From NCBI GenBank assembly GCA_049512935.1, contig JBEKWR010000016.1, positions 1 through 42,279 on the forward strand: DNA of 42,279 nt. Reading direction: 5' to 3'. Source of the DNA: Candidatus Bathyarchaeia archaeon. Lineage in GTDB: Archaea > Thermoproteota > Bathyarchaeia > Bathyarchaeales > Bathycorpusculaceae. The notes under the pieces are model-generated. The model did not search any database. It saw only the letters and a program-made list of their open reading frames with translations, and was not told where the DNA came from. The number at the start of each line of letters is the position of its first letter. The stretch's first letter is position 1. Positions 37,265-42,279 of this stretch are shown one piece after another. A program made the position numbers and the translations under genes.

Positions 37265-37375
37265 AGCTATTGAGAGAGGCTCGAATCTATAGCCGAAAGT
37301 TATATTAAACCTGCTCTCAGCAAAAAACAGGATAATGCTTCTTATTAAGAGGCAGGAAATAGGGGCAAAAACCTG

Positions 37376-38338
37376 TTGAATCCCATTGAAGTTTCTTCCC
37401 TAAAAAAAAACTACGGAACCCTAAAAGCAGTAAATGACATTTCGTTCAACGTTAACAAGGGGGAAGTTTTCGGTCTCTTAGGTCCCAACGGCGCAGGCAA
37501 AACCACCACAATAGAAATTTTAGAAGGCTTGCGTGAAAGGGATGGCGGAGACGTCAAGGTTCTCGGTTTCGACCCGTGGAAAAACGGTTATGAGCTTCAC
37601 AAGAAAATCGGCGTTATCCCTCAAGAATTCAACTTTATTGAGAAAGTAACCCCGAGAGAAGCAATAATTTACTATGCGGACCTCTTTGACATTAAAGTCA
37701 ACCCTGATGAAATTCTGAAAGAGGTTTTGCTTGAAGACTCAGCTAAAACCAATTTTGACAGCCTTTCAGGCGGACAAAAACAAAAAATGGGACTTGCTCT
37801 TTCGCTTGTAGGCACTCCTGAACTGCTATTTCTTGACGAACCAACCACTGGACTAGACCCGAACGCTAGAAGAGCAATCTGGGAGGTCATCCGCGGGTTG
37901 AAAGCGAAAGGTAAAACAATCATTTTAACAACCCACTACCTCGATGAAGCACAGCAATTATCCGACAGGGTAGCCATCATGGACCATGGAAAAATTGTCG
38001 CGATGGGAACAAGCGACGAAATCATCGCCGAGCACGGCTCAGGAGAAAGGCTTGAAATCCGCGGGTCCGAACAGCTGGCAAGGTACATCAAAGCAAACAC
38101 GGAATTGCACGTTGACTACGATGTCGCCAGAGGAGTAATCAGCATACCGATTAAAGAGAAAATTGATGCTCTCGCGGCTTTGGCGGCTGCTGAACAGTCG
38201 AAAATGGATTGGGGCGACATCCAGACGCGGCGCGACAGTTTAGACGACGTTTTCGTTAAACTCGTCAGCCGAAAGCTAAGTGAGCACGGCGAAATACTCG
38301 ATGAGCATGAGCACGGCGAGGGAATGAAAGATGTCTAG
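37376..38338 (+). CDS. ABC transporter ATP-binding protein
   Basis: GPNGAGKTT, LSGGQKQK, LFLDEPTTGLD, TTHYLDEA. Confidence 0.95.
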   Translation: MNPIEVSSLKKNYGTLKAVNDISFNVNKGEVFGLLGPNGAGKTTTIEILEGLRERDGGDVKVLGFDPWKNGYELHKKIGVIPQEFNFIEKVTPREAIIYYADLFDIKVNPDEILKEVLLEDSAKTNFDSLSGGQKQKMGLALSLVGTPELLFLDEPTTGLDPNARRAIWEVIRGLKAKGKTIILTTHYLDEAQQLSDRVAIMDHGKIVAMGTSDEIIAEHGSGERLEIRGSEQLARYIKANTELHVDYDVARGVISIPIKEKIDALAALAAAEQSKMDWGDIQTRRDSLDDVFVKLVSRKLSEHGEILDEHEHGEGMKDV

Positions 38339-39440
38339 TGGAAAAAGAATACTTGCTGATTTCAAAGTTTTCAGCCGCGGATACCTAAGGAACAGGTTTG
38401 GGCTTTTCTTCGGGCTCATATTCCCAGTCATTTTGATTTTGATTTTCGGCGCCATTTTCTCAAGCACTGGCTCAAGCGTAATCAACGTTTATGCCCAAAA
38501 CAAAGACAATGGCCCAGTTTCTACCCAGTTTTTAAATGCACTCGACAGCTCAAGCACACTCAGGATAACAATGGTGAATCCTACAGAGGACTTTTCAAAG
38601 TACCTCGCTGCACATTCAGCCTCTGACGGTATCGTCATACCTGAAAACTTCTCCGCCGACTATATGGCTGGTCACCCAGTGAACGTGACGGTTTACGGGA
38701 ACCCGACGTCAAGCACAAGCGGCATTGTAAGCGGAACCGTGGGCGGAGTCATCAACTACTTCAATCTCAACTATTACAAGCAGAACGCAGTGCCAATCGT
38801 AGGCATCACCTCGACCACTGTCAATCTTCATCAGACAAAATACATTGATTTTCTTGTTCCAGGCTTGATTGGTTTCGCCATACTTGTAAGTCCCATGTTC
38901 AGCCTCGTTAACATCTCCTCGGATTATAAGAAGACCAAGCTGTTCAAGCAGCTGTCGCTGACGCCGCTGACCAAGTTTGAGTGGCTGGCCTCGAAGATAA
39001 TGTGGTACATTGCTTTAACCGCAATAAGCTTCGTGCTGATGGTTGTTGTGGGGATTTTGTTGTACGGCGCAAACATCACATTGACACCTTGGCTTATACC
39101 CTTCCTGCTTATCGGTCCAACACTCTTCGCCTCGCTGGGCATGCTTGTCGGAACAGTGACAAAGAACCCCGAGACTGCGGGCGTAATAGGCAACATCGTG
39201 ACGTTTCCAATGATGTTCCTCTCAGGCACCTTCTTCCCAATCAGCATCATGCCGCAATACTTGCAGACCATCGCTCATGTGCTGCCGCTTTTCTACGTGA
39301 TTCAAGGCTTAAACAACGTGATGGTTTACGCGAACTATACTGGTTCACAGGGTGCAATATTTGACTTGGTAGTCCTTGTAGTCATAACAGTAATCATATT
39401 TGCGGCTGCGGTCAGACTATTCAAGTGGAGAGAAGACTAA
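38331..39440 (+). CDS. ABC-2 type exporter permease
   Basis: YIDFLVPGLIG, FPMMFLSGTFFPISIMP; 8-bp overlap with the ATPase gene. Confidence 0.93.
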   Translation: MSSGKRILADFKVFSRGYLRNRFGLFFGLIFPVILILIFGAIFSSTGSSVINVYAQNKDNGPVSTQFLNALDSSSTLRITMVNPTEDFSKYLAAHSASDGIVIPENFSADYMAGHPVNVTVYGNPTSSTSGIVSGTVGGVINYFNLNYYKQNAVPIVGITSTTVNLHQTKYIDFLVPGLIGFAILVSPMFSLVNISSDYKKTKLFKQLSLTPLTKFEWLASKIMWYIALTAISFVLMVVVGILLYGANITLTPWLIPFLLIGPTLFASLGMLVGTVTKNPETAGVIGNIVTFPMMFLSGTFFPISIMPQYLQTIAHVLPLFYVIQGLNNVMVYANYTGSQGAIFDLVVLVVITVIIFAAAVRLFKWRED

Positions 39441-39732
39441 ACCGCAAGAATTTCACACCTTTTTCCTAATCTTTTTCTTTTTCCCTTGGGCAAGTTCCCA
39501 TTTTATTTGCATCATATTCGAATTAACAATAATTATTTGAAAGCTCTAAGCCTTTTATGGCATCGGAAACAATACATTTTCCATGATTAATCTGAAAGAA
39601 CCGAATAATAATGAACTCCAGTTCTTTTCAGCTTCAGCTAATTTCCGTGACCGCAAAAATCTACGGAGTTCAAGATAGACACTTCTCGGAGTGAAACGGA
39701 CAAAGCAGACTGATTGACCTTAAAGGAAAAAA

Positions 39733-40671
39733 ATGCTTATGGAAGACAACAACAATACACCGCAAAGTGAAGAAAAACAAACAGGCAAGAACAGAGATTT
39801 GCCACGCTGGTTCGTCACTTTTGGTTTTGCGGTTATGGTTGTGCTCTTCGGCGTAAGATTCATCGCCATTCCAATCAGCAACAAGGGAATAGAGCCGTTT
39901 TGGGGAGGCGCTCTGCGTCTTGCATTGGCTGCGATAGTTCTTCTTTTCGTAGTGGCTGCGCGAAAACCAGCCTTCCCGAACGCGCGGGGGATGTTCTTCT
40001 CGCTGATTTACGGCTTCTTTTCGGTTGGTCTGAACATTGGTTTGATGTACTGGGGGCTTCTTCAAGTTAGCTCGGACATTGCAGCCATCGTTTACGCTGC
40101 GGTTCCATTAGCAGTCATAGTCTTGTCGATATGTTTCGGTCTTGAAAAATTCCGCCTCCGTCTAATAGTTGGGGCTTTATTGGGGCTGTACGGTGTCGAA
40201 GTGATGTTTGGGGTTGCCATGGGCTTCGGCATCAACCTTGTTTCACTAATAGCTGTCATAGGCGGCGCGTTCTTTAATGCGGTGGGGATGATTGCCGCGA
40301 AGAAGGCGCAGAAAGTCGACCCGATCGTGATGAACTGCGCTGGGTTCGCGTTGGGCGCCGCAATGCTCTTCGCTATGTCTCTTTTGACGAGTGAAGCCAT
40401 CGCTTTGCCAGCTCAACAGGCGACTTGGCTTGCAATAGGCTTTCTCGTAGCGGTTTCCGTGATCGGGTACTCCTTAAACGTTTACATCATCCAGCAAAAG
40501 TCGGTTTCTTACGCTTCTTTCTCAAACGTCCTGACCCCGCTTGTGACGATTGCCGCAAGTTCAGTCATGTTTGGCGAGGAAGTAACGCCCGCGCTCCTTG
40601 TCGGGAGCGGATTGATTTTTGCAGGATTATTCTTCTCGGGACACCTCGTAATCAAGAAAAAGCCTGAGTAA
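39733..40671 (+). CDS. EamA/DMT family transporter
   Basis: About 10 TM segments in two repeats; LRLALAA, GLEK, LTPLVTI...FGEEVT. Confidence 0.88.
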   Translation: MLMEDNNNTPQSEEKQTGKNRDLPRWFVTFGFAVMVVLFGVRFIAIPISNKGIEPFWGGALRLALAAIVLLFVVAARKPAFPNARGMFFSLIYGFFSVGLNIGLMYWGLLQVSSDIAAIVYAAVPLAVIVLSICFGLEKFRLRLIVGALLGLYGVEVMFGVAMGFGINLVSLIAVIGGAFFNAVGMIAAKKAQKVDPIVMNCAGFALGAAMLFAMSLLTSEAIALPAQQATWLAIGFLVAVSVIGYSLNVYIIQQKSVSYASFSNVLTPLVTIAASSVMFGEEVTPALLVGSGLIFAGLFFSGHLVIKKKPE

Positions 40672-40726
40672 GCCTTCGAGCGACGCACGCTTTTTTCGCA
40701 TTTAGCCGTAACCCAAAAAAGCTTTT

Positions 40727-41323
40727 TCAAGCGGTTTTAAGCAGGCTTTGAACCTTAGAAAACAAGGTGTCTGCCACTTCATCTCGGGTTCCATCGCCGT
40801 CAACCAAAACAAGCTCACCCTTCTTCACAAAGCTCAGGTAGACTTCGCGGACGTTTCGCTGAATCTCCAACGTCTCCATCACAGACTTCTTTCTCTGCAA
40901 ACGCTCCAGCACCAGCTCAGGCGGCACATCGATAAAAATTGCGTAATCAGGCTTGAGCGCGTAGGAATTAATTCTTTTAATCCAACCCAAATTCAGCCCA
41001 GCGCTGCCTTGGTAGGCATAAGACGAGTAAACGTATCGGTCGCAAATCACCACTTTGCCCTCGGCTAACGCGGGTTTAACCTCACTCTCAACGTGCTCCA
41101 CCCGGTCAGCGGCAAAAAGCAAAGCTTCAACTGCGGTTGGCAAACGTTTTTCTTCGTAGAGGCAACATTCCCGTATGAAACTGCCCGTTTTGCCATGGCT
41201 TGGCTCAGCCGTGTAGACTGCCCTGCGGCTCTTGCTTAGCCGCTCCGTTAGGATTTGTGCCTGTGTGGTTTTTCCGCTACCGTCCAAGCCTTCAACGCAG
41301 ATGAACACGCCTTTGTTACCCAT
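40727..41323 (-). CDS. tmk: Thymidylate (dTMP) kinase
   Basis: ICVEGLDGSGKTTQ, LLFAADR, DRYVYSSYAYQG; start at MGNKG (41323). Confidence 0.96.
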   Translation of the reverse strand: MGNKGVFICVEGLDGSGKTTQAQILTERLSKSRRAVYTAEPSHGKTGSFIRECCLYEEKRLPTAVEALLFAADRVEHVESEVKPALAEGKVVICDRYVYSSYAYQGSAGLNLGWIKRINSYALKPDYAIFIDVPPELVLERLQRKKSVMETLEIQRNVREVYLSFVKKGELVLVDGDGTRDEVADTLFSKVQSLLKTA

Positions 41324-41398
41324 TTTTTGAGCCCAGCTGGTCAGCGTTAACATTATAGGGAGACAAATAAATATAACTTGCAGTTGTGAGGTTTCCTT

Positions 41399-42279
41399 GT
41401 GCCTAAGGCTTACTGGGGAGAAATAAAGGATCCCGTACACGGGTACGTGTACATTTCTGAAGCGGAAAAGAACATCATTGATTCTTACCCGATGCAGCGG
41501 CTGAGGCGGCTGAGGCAGCTTGCGGGTTCAGAGTACGTTTACCCAGGCGCCAACCACACGCGGTTCGAACACTGCGTCGGCGTCATGTACCTGGCAGGCA
41601 AGGTGCTGGAGAACCCGAACATCGCTGGGCTTCTGGGCGAAGACGAAGCGGACATGTGCAGGCTCTCGGCTCTGCTCCACGACGCGGGACATGGACCCTT
41701 CTCACACGTGTTTGAGCAGCTCTTGATAAGGGACCTGGAAAAAACCCATGAAGACATCACGTCCTGGATCATTGAGAAAAGCGAAACAGCCGACAAACTG
41801 TCAAAAATGGGCTTCAAACCGAAAGAGGTGGCACATCTCGCCGTGGGCAAACTGCAAAAGCGTGGCAGGGCGTTTCTTGACCAGATAATAAGCAGCGCCG
41901 TGGACGTCGACAAGCAGGACTTCATCGTCAGGGACACTTACCACACGGGCGCCGAGTACGGGTTCATCGACGTCTACCGCCTCATACACGCGCTGGACGT
42001 TTTAGGCGAAAACTTGGCGGTGGAGCTTGGCGCACTCTCGGCGCTGGAAGCCTTCATGATTGCAAGGATTGAATCGTTCAAAAGCATCTATTTTCACCGC
42101 GTCGGCAGGGCAGCGCAGATCATGCTGGCAACCGCCATGGAGAAGGCAAACGACGAGTTGGGGTTGACGGCGTTTAAGACGCCTGAGGACTACTTGGCGC
42201 TGGATGACTACACGGTTTGGGCGGCGCTAAAGAAGTGCTCCGTGTCTAAGGGAATAATCGGCGACCTCGAGAGGCGCAG
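41399..42279 (+). CDS. HD-superfamily phosphohydrolase (SAMHD1/dNTPase-like, COG1078), 3'-truncated; absent from the ORF track
   Basis: GAGGT SD, GTG start: MPKAYWGEIKDPVHGY...QRLRRLRQLAGSEYVYPGANHTRFEH...LLHDAGHGPFSH...DVDKQDFIVRD. Confidence 0.93.
   Translation, partial: MPKAYWGEIKDPVHGYVYISEAEKNIIDSYPMQRLRRLRQLAGSEYVYPGANHTRFEHCVGVMYLAGKVLENPNIAGLLGEDEADMCRLSALLHDAGHGPFSHVFEQLLIRDLEKTHEDITSWIIEKSETADKLSKMGFKPKEVAHLAVGKLQKRGRAFLDQIISSAVDVDKQDFIVRDTYHTGAEYGFIDVYRLIHALDVLGENLAVELGALSALEAFMIARIESFKSIYFHRVGRAAQIMLATAMEKANDELGLTAFKTPEDYLALDDYTVWAALKKCSVSKGIIGDLERR

Noticed and set aside
40727-42279. tmk and the SAMHD1-like HD protein as part of the nucleotide-depletion system
   Set aside because: Outside the att repeats, host-like base composition; most simply housekeeping nucleotide metabolism.

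Overview
Archaeal chromosomal fragment, most likely Bathyarchaeia (TACK). This is inferred from rps25e, rps26e, rps3ae, Alba, thermosome, class I LysRS, a Tes-like radical SAM protein, CofD and frequent TTG/GTG starts. It is mostly housekeeping: about 40 CDS and one tRNA-Arg(GCG). Two real genes are missing from the ORF track: rpoK/rpo6 (8469-8714) and an HD phosphohydrolase (41399 to the window end). The main discovery is an AT-rich, 3,051-bp integrated element (32981-36031). It is bounded by an exact 18-bp direct repeat (CTAGTCTTTTATGGCTTC) that duplicates the 3' end of a UPF0147 protein-coding gene, and a decayed tyrosine-integrase C-terminus lies beside the right repeat. Its intact cargo is an AvcD-like P-loop-kinase/dCTP-deaminase gene. 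Where bacterial AvcID has the avcI sRNA, this gene is instead closely preceded by a 255-aa ribbon-helix-helix-plus-unknown-domain gene with a palindromic operator, and a small convergent Zn-ribbon gene follows it. Together these form a candidate archaeal nucleotide-depletion antiviral system. Other points: two apparent ACG start codons, a TrpY/TRP-box/trpB2 module, a 10-bp-phased repeat array, a PQQ-propeller/GT-C fusion, and an SPFH/double-zinc-ribbon operon. All family calls come from motif recognition, not database searches.
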